From the NCBI GenBank assembly GCA_049325595.1, contig JBMOLF010000012.1, forward strand, positions 12,081 to 76,080: a stretch of 64,000 bases of DNA. Reading direction: 5' to 3'. The notes beneath the pieces were generated by a model. It saw nothing but the letters and a program-made list of their open reading frames with translations. It ran no database searches and had not been told where the DNA came from. Numbering within the stretch: position 1 is the first letter of the stretch; each line of letters opens with the position of its first letter. The position numbers and the translations under genes were made by a program. This stretch comes from Candidatus Babelota bacterium. Its GTDB lineage: Bacteria > Babelota > Babeliae > Babelales > Vermiphilaceae. Positions 28,746 to 37,609 of this stretch are shown here, in pieces.

Positions 28746-29438
28746 ATGAAGTTTTGGCAACGCATTTATTTTACGATTCGTACTTTTTTTAAATTGCTTC
28801 ATGTTAATTTTCAAATGTTATGTGGGTCGTATCGCATATTTGCACTTCCAGGACCGATTGTAACTATTTTTGGTGGATCACGTTTTGGGCAAGACATTGT
28901 TTATGCAAAAAAAGCGCATGATCTTGCCCATCGATTTGCTGAAAGTGGTATATCAGTATTAACTGGCGGTGGCTCGGGCATTATGCAGGCGGCAAGCTGT
29001 GGTGCACGTATTCATCAATGTGAAAAAGGAAAAACATTAGGTATTGGGGTAACCACTTTGCATGAGCCAAAAAATGAATGTTTAAGTGATTATTTTCAAG
29101 TTGATTACTTTTATGCACGTAAATGGTTGCTCACTCAATACTCTAGCGCGTTTGTCGTATTTCCTGGGGGATTTGGCACAATAGATGAGCTTGGTGAAGT
29201 ACTTACTTTAATTCAAACGGGTACCTTAAAGCGCACACCAATCGTATTAATTGGACGAGAATATTGGCAACCTTTTATGAATTGGGTCATCAGTGAAGCA
29301 TTGCCGCATAAACTTATTGCGCCTGAAGATTTAGGATTATTTACTATAACCGATGATCTTACCGAGGCTTTTTGTTTGGTGGAAGACAAATGCAAAATTG
29401 AGCTTAATGGAATCATTAAAAAGAAGGACATCAGGTAA
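28746..29438 (+). CDS. LOG-family (TIGR00730) nucleotide phosphoribohydrolase
   Basis: VTIFGGSR, TGGGSGIM, RKWLL, FPGGFGTIDE. Confidence 0.92.
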   Translation: MKFWQRIYFTIRTFFKLLHVNFQMLCGSYRIFALPGPIVTIFGGSRFGQDIVYAKKAHDLAHRFAESGISVLTGGGSGIMQAASCGARIHQCEKGKTLGIGVTTLHEPKNECLSDYFQVDYFYARKWLLTQYSSAFVVFPGGFGTIDELGEVLTLIQTGTLKRTPIVLIGREYWQPFMNWVISEALPHKLIAPEDLGLFTITDDLTEAFCLVEDKCKIELNGIIKKKDIR

Positions 29439-30097
29439 TGGCGCGCTGGACTCGATCAGACTTAGTATTGTTTGGTGCTTATATCAAGGCTGGTTGGCAG
29501 GTGATGCGAGCAGCAATTCTTATGCGGGCTACGCTAAAAAAGAAGGTGGTTACTATTTTTGGCGGAGCTCAAGTAAAGGGTGATGATACTTATCATAGTC
29601 AAGCTTTTGAAATTGCAAAACAGTTGGCCGAACAGGAATATTCGATTTTGACTGGTGGCGGGCCAGGGGTGATGGAAGCAGCTAATTGCGGTGCTGACGC
29701 GGGCGAACGAAAAACAAAAAGCACTGCTAATTTGGGAATTGGCGTTGCAGGTGTTGATGAAGATTTTGAAAATAAATGCGGTAGCTTTATACGGGTAAAC
29801 CAATTTTTTGGCCGTAAATGGCTACTCATTCGGTATTCAGTTGCTGCTATAGTTTTTCCTGGTGGTATAGGAACCGCGGATGAGCTTTTTGAACTGCTCA
29901 ATGCACTCAAACACCACCAGATAAACCATATCCCCGTAATTTTAGTAGGTGCTGATTTTTGGCAACCATTGATCAATTGGTATAATAACTCCTTACAAAC
30001 TGGTTATATTGCAAAGGAGAATGCTCATCTGCTTCGAGTAGTCGATGATACTGCTGAAATACTAAAAATAATTACTCATGCTACGACCAAGCATTGA
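29438..30097 (+). CDS. LOG-family (TIGR00730) nucleotide phosphoribohydrolase, second copy
   Basis: VTIFGGA, TGGGPGVMEAAN, RKWLL, FPGGIGTADE; TAATG coupling with the upstream copy. Confidence 0.92.
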   Translation: MARWTRSDLVLFGAYIKAGWQVMRAAILMRATLKKKVVTIFGGAQVKGDDTYHSQAFEIAKQLAEQEYSILTGGGPGVMEAANCGADAGERKTKSTANLGIGVAGVDEDFENKCGSFIRVNQFFGRKWLLIRYSVAAIVFPGGIGTADELFELLNALKHHQINHIPVILVGADFWQPLINWYNNSLQTGYIAKENAHLLRVVDDTAEILKIITHATTKH

Positions 30098-30102
30098 TTA
30101 TG

Positions 30103-31440
30103 TTATTTTTTTACTGATCCAATTACATATCCAATTGCAGATACTATCAAACAAATAAGCTCACGAGGAAAAGCTGTTGGATAGATATTAAGAATAATAA
30201 AGGTGACAAATCCTGCTACAATACTTAGATAAGCAGCTTGCTTTTTAACGTCTTTTTTAAAGTAACAAACAAGTAAAGAAATTAATAAACAACTTACTGA
30301 AAGTTCGTAACTGTTAATAATCATACCAATAATATCTTGTGGTACTACATACGATGCACCAAGAGCAGCAAGGCCTATTAAAAGGGTAGTGATTTTGGAA
30401 GTAGCAAGTCCACTGAAACCTGGCAAAATAATATTAAAATCTTGGGTAATGTTTGCACTAATGCCATTGAGTAGCGCATCGGCAGTAGAAATAATGGCAG
30501 CTACAATTGCGCATAAGGCAAGCGCAACTATTGATCCAGAAATAGTATTATCAAGAAAAATAATAAGCGGATTACCATTGGCACTATCAAAACCTAGTAA
30601 TTTGGTTGCCATACCAAAATATACGGGAATGCAGGCAAATAAGATTAAAAAGATACCTGCATAGAGTGCCGAAACCGTAGCAACTTTTTGGCTGCGTGAC
30701 GCAAAAAAACGTTGTGCTAAATCTTGTTGAAAGAGTGAAAATAAAGCAGGCATTAAAATAATTGAGAGCAAGCTAGTTTGCGTTGGTTGATTGGCAAATA
30801 GTATTGGTTGGTTATTAATCATTTGAGTAAATAAGCCAGGATTTGCAAAAATACTGTAAACAAAAATACCACCAAAAATAACGGTGATTAGTGCCAATTG
30901 AATCATATCATTAATCGTAATTGCCCGTAGCCCCCCTATCATCGTGTAACCAATTACTGATAACCAAAAAGGAATAATCAGCCAGAACGTCTCAAACCCA
31001 AGACCCGCAATGAGTGATTTAGTGCCAATAACTTGCGCCACTAAAATGCCAAAAAAGGTGATAATAGAAAGTAACGATGCAATTTTTTTAAGTGCGGCTG
31101 ATTGATATTGGGTTTCAAATAGTTGTGCAGTTGTGGTCACTTTAAATTGCTGCAAGCGTGAGGCAATGCCGGTTGCCAAAAGTAAAAAGCCAATACTCAT
31201 CCCAAGTGTGTAAAAAATGCCATAAAATCCAATTGAGTAGGCAGTAGCAGCAGTACCCAATAATAAACCACCACCAAGTTGAGTTGCAATAAGGTTACAG
31301 GTAACTTGCATTACCCCGAGTGAGCGACCAGCAAGATAATAATCGGAAGCGGTTTTAACTTTGCGTGAAGCGCGAATACCTAAAATAAAATATAACGTAG
31401 CTAAAGCAGTAAAAAAGAAAAGAAATAAAGAAATATTCAT
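30103..31440 (-). CDS. Sodium:solute symporter (SSS) family transporter, predicted histidine-responsive
   Basis: DYYLAGRSL, ATQLGGG, YTMIGGLRA...D.IQ, QRFFAS, AAIISTADALL; about 13 TM segments. Confidence 0.93.
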   Translation of the reverse strand: MNISLFLFFFTALATLYFILGIRASRKVKTASDYYLAGRSLGVMQVTCNLIATQLGGGLLLGTAATAYSIGFYGIFYTLGMSIGFLLLATGIASRLQQFKVTTTAQLFETQYQSAALKKIASLLSIITFFGILVAQVIGTKSLIAGLGFETFWLIIPFWLSVIGYTMIGGLRAITINDMIQLALITVIFGGIFVYSIFANPGLFTQMINNQPILFANQPTQTSLLSIILMPALFSLFQQDLAQRFFASRSQKVATVSALYAGIFLILFACIPVYFGMATKLLGFDSANGNPLIIFLDNTISGSIVALALCAIVAAIISTADALLNGISANITQDFNIILPGFSGLATSKITTLLIGLAALGASYVVPQDIIGMIINSYELSVSCLLISLLVCYFKKDVKKQAAYLSIVAGFVTFIILNIYPTAFPRELICLIVSAIGYVIGSVKK

Positions 31441-31530
31441 GACATCCTCAAAAATTCATAACAAAAAAAGAGTACCAACAAGATAAAGGTAAAAAATAGG
31501 GAAGACAATTAGGAATGATGATGTCGATGA
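31437..31530 (-). promoter_or_regulatory. Anti-SD/SD pairing (translational attenuator) of the SSS gene
   Basis: + strand gacatcctca (31441-50) and tgatgatgtc (31516-25) form a 9/10 inverted repeat, extended by tcat (31437-40)/atga (31527-30). Confidence 0.65.
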
Positions 31531-31595
31531 TGAGCACCACTATATGCAAAGAAGTGGATTGAGGTGGAAGTGATAAAAATAGCATTGAGCTGCAT
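31509..31595 (-). CDS. His-rich leader peptide MQLNAIFITSTSIHFFAYSGAHHRHHHS (28 aa)
   Basis: GGAG RBS 5 nt before ATG 31595; CAT CAT CGA CAT CAT CAT run; TAA at 31511-31509; not in the ORF track. Confidence 0.8.
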   Translation of the reverse strand: MQLNAIFITSTSIHFFAYSGAHHRHHHS

Positions 31596-31634
31596 AAGTG
31601 CTCCGTTAATTAATAATAAACTCATCATGTAATG

Positions 31635-31663
31635 AGAATAGCCTAAAACATCTATGCAGACAA
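31635..31663 (-). promoter_or_regulatory. Putative sigma70 promoter for the leader and SSS gene
   Basis: TTGTCT-N17-TATTCT on the minus strand, 40 nt upstream of the leader ATG. Confidence 0.5.
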
Positions 31664-31676
31664 GTTAAAAAATGTT

Positions 31677-32318
31677 TTAAGCCGCTGAAGCTTGTTTAAG
31701 AGGTGCTTGTTGAAGTTGTTTTAATAAATAATCAAATGAATTTTTAAGCGTCATATGATGTTTTTTATTCTCTTCTAAAATTTTTTTTACTTCAGACTCA
31801 ACTTCTTTAACTGCAGCAAACCAGCTTGTTTTATTTGATTTCATTTTTTCTTCAGCATGATCGTAGCAATCTTGCAAGGCAAATTGAGCGGCGGTCTTTA
31901 TAGAGCTATACATTTTGCTGTTACCTTGGAGTAAGAGGACTATATTTTTTAATTTACTATCCAGAATATATTTATTTTGCGCAAGACCTTGAAGTTCAGC
32001 AATAACTGCTTGTTGAATGTAAATGGTATATTGCAAGTCTCTCATGCGAGACCGCAAGGTTTCAGCTTTTATTACTTTATCACAATATTTAGTGATTTCT
32101 GATATTGTTGAGAAAGTTCGTAAGGCATGTTGTTTGTTGATGAATGATGGAGTACCAACAGTAATGCCATTTTTTTTGTATACCGTATGTCGCACGATTG
32201 CAGAAATACGGTTATTAATTTGACTTAAAAAGACATTAATAGAATCATGCAATTTTTCCATGGCAATTATAGGAGCGCTTACTATAAAAATAAAAGCACA
32301 GAAGAAAAATTGCTTCAC
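31677..32318 (-). CDS. Exported hypothetical protein (helical)
   Basis: AAGGAG RBS before GTG 32318; signal peptide ...APIIA|MEK. Confidence 0.7.
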   Translation of the reverse strand: MKQFFFCAFIFIVSAPIIAMEKLHDSINVFLSQINNRISAIVRHTVYKKNGITVGTPSFINKQHALRTFSTISEITKYCDKVIKAETLRSRMRDLQYTIYIQQAVIAELQGLAQNKYILDSKLKNIVLLLQGNSKMYSSIKTAAQFALQDCYDHAEEKMKSNKTSWFAAVKEVESEVKKILEENKKHHMTLKNSFDYLLKQLQQAPLKQASAA

Positions 32319-32409
32319 AGTTGGCTCCTTCGAATTGTTATATAAAATTTTGGCCATTAATAATTTTATGTTCGGCAGTCTAGTATCATTGCAAAAAAAT
32401 CAATGAAAT

Positions 32410-32443
32410 AAAAGAGCCAATGATTATACCATTGGCTCTTTTT
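32410..32443 (-). terminator. Intrinsic terminator of the 32449..33237 gene
   Basis: aaaagagccaatg / cattggctctttt perfect stem with A/T tails. Confidence 0.8.
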
Positions 32444-32448
32444 AATTC

Positions 32449-33237
32449 TTATGCTTGAACGGGTTGAACAGGTGGATGTTTTACTGCAAATTGCATTTCC
32501 TCTAATTGTTCTTTGAATTTGCGATGTTGTTGTGCATTTTCAAATTGTTTTAGTCGTAATTTTAAATGAATATTAGTTATAGTTTCTTTGTAATTATTTG
32601 TATTTTTATCTATCAAATCTACAACTTTTTTTACTTCTTTATCGAGCTGCGCTTTGCATTTTGTTACAAATTCTTTATTGCCGAATCGATGATGTGGCGG
32701 TAAAAAAATTTCTATATCAGAATAAAGATTATTTAATGAGATTAAAAAATCATCAAAATTAGAAATATTTTTTGATGACAAGTTATTTAAAACGCCATTA
32801 AGGGTATATTCTATATCCAATTTTTCAGATAATCTTTCTACTTCTATTGTTATTTCTTCTTCAGTAAGCGATCGTGATGATGTTAAATTCTGATCACGGC
32901 TTTCTTTTTTTAATTGTGCAAGTTGATTATTAATCGATTTTTGTTTAAGTATTCGTGAAGTCGTTAAAAGAATTAAAAATACTGCTGCTCCACCGCATAC
33001 AGTTATTTTTTCTTTTGTTGTGTAATTATCATTGCGAATTGTTAGCTCAACTAATCTATTCATTCCGTTATTTAAAAATGAACCTATTGAGCTTAGCTTT
33101 TCACTGACTTTATCTTTATCAATAAAAGATGGATTAGTGATACGCTCAGAAAAATTGTTTAATTTTTCTTTGAATTTATCCATTGGTTGTATGGCATTAA
33201 AAGTTAATGCTACTAATAAAAGAATATGATAGCGCAT
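32449..33237 (-). CDS. Exported hypothetical protein with internal TM helix and coiled coil
   Basis: Signal peptide ...AIQP|MDK; TM ITVCGGAAVFLILLT; AAGGA RBS. Confidence 0.7.
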   Translation of the reverse strand: MRYHILLLVALTFNAIQPMDKFKEKLNNFSERITNPSFIDKDKVSEKLSSIGSFLNNGMNRLVELTIRNDNYTTKEKITVCGGAAVFLILLTTSRILKQKSINNQLAQLKKESRDQNLTSSRSLTEEEITIEVERLSEKLDIEYTLNGVLNNLSSKNISNFDDFLISLNNLYSDIEIFLPPHHRFGNKEFVTKCKAQLDKEVKKVVDLIDKNTNNYKETITNIHLKLRLKQFENAQQHRKFKEQLEEMQFAVKHPPVQPVQA

Positions 33238-33332
33238 GCTGTCCTTCCAATTCTGTATTTAATGCAAAGGTTTAAAAAGATGGTAATTGATGGATACTAT
33301 AAGCAAATTATGCAAATTGTCCATAAAATTGA

Positions 33333-35186
33333 TTAAATGGTTTCAACTTCTCGGGTTACAATAATAGTGTCTGAAATCATGCTCATCTGCCCATCACGAT
33401 AATTTGCTACCGCTTGTACTTGATTATCACCTTCAGCAAGTCCGGTTACGCCAGAAATTATCCATGCATCAAGTCCGGGGATGGTGGTAGTAGTGCCGAG
33501 CAGCACACCTGTTGGTCCGCTATAAAACAATGCTATGTTTGAAGGATTTGGTGCGGTACCCATAAATGCAGGTCCGGAAAGACCGGTGGTAAAAACGATA
33601 GCGCCATTTGTCGGATCGGTAATCGTAACTGGTGTTAAAGGATTGTTGTTAATATAGCGCGCTAATCCAAATAATGACCCGTTTGAAAGTAATGGTTTAG
33701 TTCCCCCGGCTACTACAATTCTGCTATCTGGTTGCAAGGCGACGGCATTAATGTGGTCGTTAGTGCCAAAAATAGGGGTAAGTACAAATCCGTCAATAAC
33801 TGCTGGATTACCGCCATCAAAATTAGGAGCAATAGGAAATCCTGGAGAAGTAGAAAAATTATTCACATCGATTTGGGGTAGGATATTAAAATCAGGAATT
33901 ATAAATGGATTGGTAAGATCTGGCACTGGTACAAAAACTGGATTTGACAACGTAGGTGGATTAAATGAAACAGTATCAAGCGTGCCGCTCGGGGTAAAAC
34001 GAGCTACTAAAAATTTTTGATCGACTCCTTCGATTCCATTTGATCCACATGCTAAAATTTTACCATCAGCCTGCAACGCCATGCTTGTTAAAATGTTCTC
34101 GGTATTAGTTAGGGCAATTACCAATGTCCCAACTTCGTTAAAAGTGGGATCGAGTGAACCATCATCTAAAAAACGTGCCAATGCAAAATCAGTACCAATG
34201 CCATTTTGATTGGTAGTGCCACCGGCAATAATAGCCCCATCAGGTTGAATGAGCAATGCACGTAAAATATTATTACTGCCGTCAAAAAATAGACTCAATG
34301 TTCCTGGTATGGTACCTAAGGGATTGAATGTGACATCAAGTGCGCCGGTTGTCGTGAGACGCGCTAAGGCAAAACCAGTAGTGCCGGTAGCATCAGTTGT
34401 TATGCCACCAACAACAATTCGATTTAATTGATCGAGTGCTACTGCAAATGCGCGGTCTTGAGAACCAGTGCTAAATGAAGGTAAAATAACTTGCCCTCCA
34501 GTACCAAATGTTGTATCAAGAGTCCCATCGGGATTATAACGAGCAAGGGCAAAAAAGGCTTGGCTCAATGCATCGATAGTTGTTCCGGCTAAAATAATAC
34601 GACCATCATCTTGCAAAACCATTGCACGTGCTATGTCGTTAGAATTAGTAGAAAATGAAGGAGTTATAACCAGTCCATCACTGCCAATAGTTGATACATA
34701 ACTGCCATCTTTTTGATAAAAAGCTAAGGCAAATTGATAATTTTGGTTAACATTGGTAAATCCACCGGCAACAATAATGGTATTAGGCTGTACATTTAAG
34801 CAGGTAGATTGGTCATCAGTCCCGCCAAAATTGGTAATAACTTGACCAGGAAATAAAAGAGTACCTGACTGAGAAAAAGTACGATCCAACACACCATTTG
34901 GTGAAAATCGTGCTAAAGCAAAAGAATTAGGACCGGTTTGGCTACTATTAAACGAACTACCTGATGTAAGAATGTTGCCATCGTTTTGTATGTATATGGC
35001 GTTTGCATTACTTGAGCTAAAAAAACCAAAGTCGGTTGTGATAGTACCAGCATTAAAATTAAATGCACCAAACTCAACATCAGGATCCCCATCTTCAGGG
35101 AAGGGAAGTAAATTCACATCACCGGTTGCCATGCCTTGTAATGACAGTGAATAAAAGCACAAAAAAAACATACATAATTTTTTCAT
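33333..35186 (-). CDS. Exported delta-60-repeat (TIGR02608-type) beta-propeller protein with Ig-like C-terminus
   Basis: About 7 repeats of LQxDGxIxxxG...FALARxxxxGxLDxTF; C-terminal VTITDPTNG...GTA...W...L.EG. Confidence 0.85.
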   Translation of the reverse strand: MKKLCMFFLCFYSLSLQGMATGDVNLLPFPEDGDPDVEFGAFNFNAGTITTDFGFFSSSNANAIYIQNDGNILTSGSSFNSSQTGPNSFALARFSPNGVLDRTFSQSGTLLFPGQVITNFGGTDDQSTCLNVQPNTIIVAGGFTNVNQNYQFALAFYQKDGSYVSTIGSDGLVITPSFSTNSNDIARAMVLQDDGRIILAGTTIDALSQAFFALARYNPDGTLDTTFGTGGQVILPSFSTGSQDRAFAVALDQLNRIVVGGITTDATGTTGFALARLTTTGALDVTFNPLGTIPGTLSLFFDGSNNILRALLIQPDGAIIAGGTTNQNGIGTDFALARFLDDGSLDPTFNEVGTLVIALTNTENILTSMALQADGKILACGSNGIEGVDQKFLVARFTPSGTLDTVSFNPPTLSNPVFVPVPDLTNPFIIPDFNILPQIDVNNFSTSPGFPIAPNFDGGNPAVIDGFVLTPIFGTNDHINAVALQPDSRIVVAGGTKPLLSNGSLFGLARYINNNPLTPVTITDPTNGAIVFTTGLSGPAFMGTAPNPSNIALFYSGPTGVLLGTTTTIPGLDAWIISGVTGLAEGDNQVQAVANYRDGQMSMISDTIIVTREVETI

Positions 35187-35238
35187 ACTATTCCTTTAAA
35201 AGAAGGTTATCAAAATTATGTATGAAGGAGCTATAGTA

Positions 35239-36621
35239 TTAGTTTCGTAATAATGCAGGACGTAATTTTTTAGAAAATTTTAAATCGCTGCAGACTGAAC
35301 CAATAGCATAGCCAATCACTGCACTTGCAAGATGTACAAATTCTTTTTCTGTATATAGATATATGCAATTACCTATAATAAAGCTAATAAGGCCTGCACC
35401 AATAGCGCACCATGCAGCAATTTTTTTTACTTCTTTTTTTACATAAGAAAAAAATAATGGAACAAGTAATATGCAGGTATACAATTCAAAGCTGACATTA
35501 AATATGCTGAGCAAATCAGTTGAGAAGAAATAGGAGACAATCATAATTAAAGAGCCATTTACCAGCGTAATAATTGATTTGCTATCAGGATGGGTAAATA
35601 AATTAAAGTCTTCTATCCAATAAGTGCTAATGGCTAAAAACAGATAATCAAAGGTGGTAATTATTGCAATAATAATACCACAAAGTATAAAAATAACGGT
35701 CAAGTCGTTAGTAAGGTATTGTATCACCGGAATAATTGGGCTAAGGCCTGATGGAATTTCTAAATTAAGTAGGTGTGCTTGATAACAAAAATAAAGTGGG
35801 ATTGATGAAAACAAAATCATAAAGATTCCGGCACCACCGCTTGAAATTATTTGTGTGAAGCGAGACTTTTTTGAAAATAATGGATGAGTAACATCTTGTT
35901 CGCTAATACAATAAATTATAATGTTTAAAAGACTCAATAACAAAGAAGCTAAATTAGTTTGAGAAAAAAAAGAAGTTAACTCCTGCTGTTTGAGAAAAAA
36001 AGTGATAGTGGTCCATGAAGGAGGTGCTTTAAAAAGACAATAGATAAAAGTTCCACCAAAAATGACACTAAAAAAACTTAATTGTACAAACGTTGATATG
36101 CCTAAGCGGGGCAAGCCGCCAATCGAGCAATAAAGAACAAGCAAAAACCACAGAATAATAAAAAAGAGTTCATTGGTGAATCCAAGTCCTTGCAAGAGAG
36201 ATTTTGTAGCAATTAATTCACCAACCAAAAAGGCATACATAATCATCGTAGAAAGACAGGAAGCTAATTTTTTAAGTGAAGGTGAATGATATTTTACCTC
36301 TAAAAATTGTGCGGAAGTGCTGCATTGTGCTGAACGTATACGTACTGCAAGGCCTCCTCCCAGTATTAAATAACCAATGCTAATGCCAATAATATAAAAA
36401 AGCCCGTAACAGGCTGTATAAAATGATTCATCTGAAGAGCTCAATAATAAGCTAGCACCTAACTCTGTTGCAATTAATGTTGCGGCAATTGATAAAAAAC
36501 CCAAATGAGGAGATTGCTGGGGTTTATATTCAGTTTTTCTTTTTTTAAACCAGTCAAGAATTGGCAGCAAAATAATAAAAAGCCCGATGTTTACAAAAAG
36601 CATAGGAAGGTTCATAACCAT
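35239..36621 (-). CDS. Divergent sodium:solute symporter (paralog of 30103..31440)
   Basis: LIATELGASLLL, YGLFY..G.SIG, L.KLAS.LS, IATKSLL.GLGF, SFELY, KK.VKK.AA all shared with the first SSS. Confidence 0.85.
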   Translation of the reverse strand: MVMNLPMLFVNIGLFIILLPILDWFKKRKTEYKPQQSPHLGFLSIAATLIATELGASLLLSSSDESFYTACYGLFYIIGISIGYLILGGGLAVRIRSAQCSTSAQFLEVKYHSPSLKKLASCLSTMIMYAFLVGELIATKSLLQGLGFTNELFFIILWFLLVLYCSIGGLPRLGISTFVQLSFFSVIFGGTFIYCLFKAPPSWTTITFFLKQQELTSFFSQTNLASLLLSLLNIIIYCISEQDVTHPLFSKKSRFTQIISSGGAGIFMILFSSIPLYFCYQAHLLNLEIPSGLSPIIPVIQYLTNDLTVIFILCGIIIAIITTFDYLFLAISTYWIEDFNLFTHPDSKSIITLVNGSLIMIVSYFFSTDLLSIFNVSFELYTCILLVPLFFSYVKKEVKKIAAWCAIGAGLISFIIGNCIYLYTEKEFVHLASAVIGYAIGSVCSDLKFSKKLRPALLRN

Positions 36622-36755
36622 AGTGCTCCTTGGAAAAGGGATTTATTGTGTGGAATAAAAAAAGAAAAATGAAAAATTAGAGATGATAAAAGAGAAAAAA
36701 CAAGTCGTTTAAAATGGCCCGAGGGAGGTTCCTCAATAAGTATTTCCTTGATCAT
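36612..36755 (-). CDS. Candidate upstream leader ORF (47 aa, Phe cluster IFHFSFF) overlapping the SSS start
   Basis: GGAG RBS before ATG 36755; TGA overlaps ATG 36615 (ATGA); not in the ORF track. Confidence 0.45.
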   Translation of the reverse strand: MIKEILIEEPPSGHFKRLVFSLLSSLIFHFSFFIPHNKSLFQGALWL

Positions 36756-36790
36756 ATAACTCCACTAGATAGAAATACAATTAATAAAAG

Positions 36791-36821
36791 TTTTTATAAG
36801 GTAATAAAAACCTTATAAAAA
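36791..36821. promoter_or_regulatory. 12-bp perfect AT-rich inverted repeat (terminator or operator)
   Basis: tttttataaggt-N7-accttataaaaa between the HAD stop and the leader RBS. Confidence 0.45.
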
Positions 36822-36835
36822 ACAAGAGATTTTTT

Positions 36836-37516
36836 TTATTGGGATTTATCGTTAACTCCTAACAACTCTTTTAAAGGTATTTCTTGATAACTATTTACTA
36901 TTAAATGTGCTTTTTCAGTTTGATAGGGGTTGCCACTGGTAGTAATGCCAATACAAAACATGCCAGCATTTTGTGCAGCTTTAATGCCATTTGCAGAATC
37001 TTCTATTGCTATGCATTCTGTTGGGTCAACCATAAGTTGTTGAGCGGCATGTAAATAAATTGCTGGGTTAGGTTTGCCAATATTGTTAACACAAGATATG
37101 CCATATATATGCGTATCAAAAAATTTATTAAGACATAAGCTTTTTTGAGTAATAGCCAATGTTGCATCGTTAGCATTGGTGGCTATCCCCATTTTAAGGG
37201 AAAAAGCACGAGCTTGTTGATGAAATTCGGTAAAGCCATTAATAAAGCAAAGGTCATTTTGATAAAATGAAAGGGCCAAAGCTGTTTTTTCAGCAATAAG
37301 TTCGCTTACTGATTCTGAGGCATTTATGGTTTGTTTGATAAGACTGCAACTTTGAAAAACATCCAATCCGCTTAGTCGCTGGTGTAATGCTTGTTGTGCC
37401 TCAAAGGATAAGGTAATTCCTCGTTTTGCAATAAGGGTTGCTGTTGCTTTGTGCCATAAATGTTCCGTATTGACAATAGTACCATCCATATCAAAGATAA
37501 TAGCTCGAAATTTCAT
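36836..37516 (-). CDS. HAD-superfamily phosphatase (beta-PGM/CbbY-like)
   Basis: FDMDGTIVNTE, IATN, GKPNPAIY, IAIEDSANGIKAA. Confidence 0.93.
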   Translation of the reverse strand: MKFRAIIFDMDGTIVNTEHLWHKATATLIAKRGITLSFEAQQALHQRLSGLDVFQSCSLIKQTINASESVSELIAEKTALALSFYQNDLCFINGFTEFHQQARAFSLKMGIATNANDATLAITQKSLCLNKFFDTHIYGISCVNNIGKPNPAIYLHAAQQLMVDPTECIAIEDSANGIKAAQNAGMFCIGITTSGNPYQTEKAHLIVNSYQEIPLKELLGVNDKSQ

Positions 37517-37609
37517 ACAGTTTTCCTTATTGCTATAGTTGATAAATCCGTGTTTGTGGGTAACCTATTTATCAAATAGATTTTAGTCTTTATTAACCCG
37601 GGCACTATT

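Noticed and set aside
28746..30097. Lysine decarboxylase annotation
   Set aside because: This is a known misannotation of LOG proteins; no PLP-binding motif is present.
31451..31508. Classical Rho-independent attenuator terminator after the His leader
   Set aside because: There is a U-tract but no GC-rich hairpin before it; anti-SD pairing explains the layout better.
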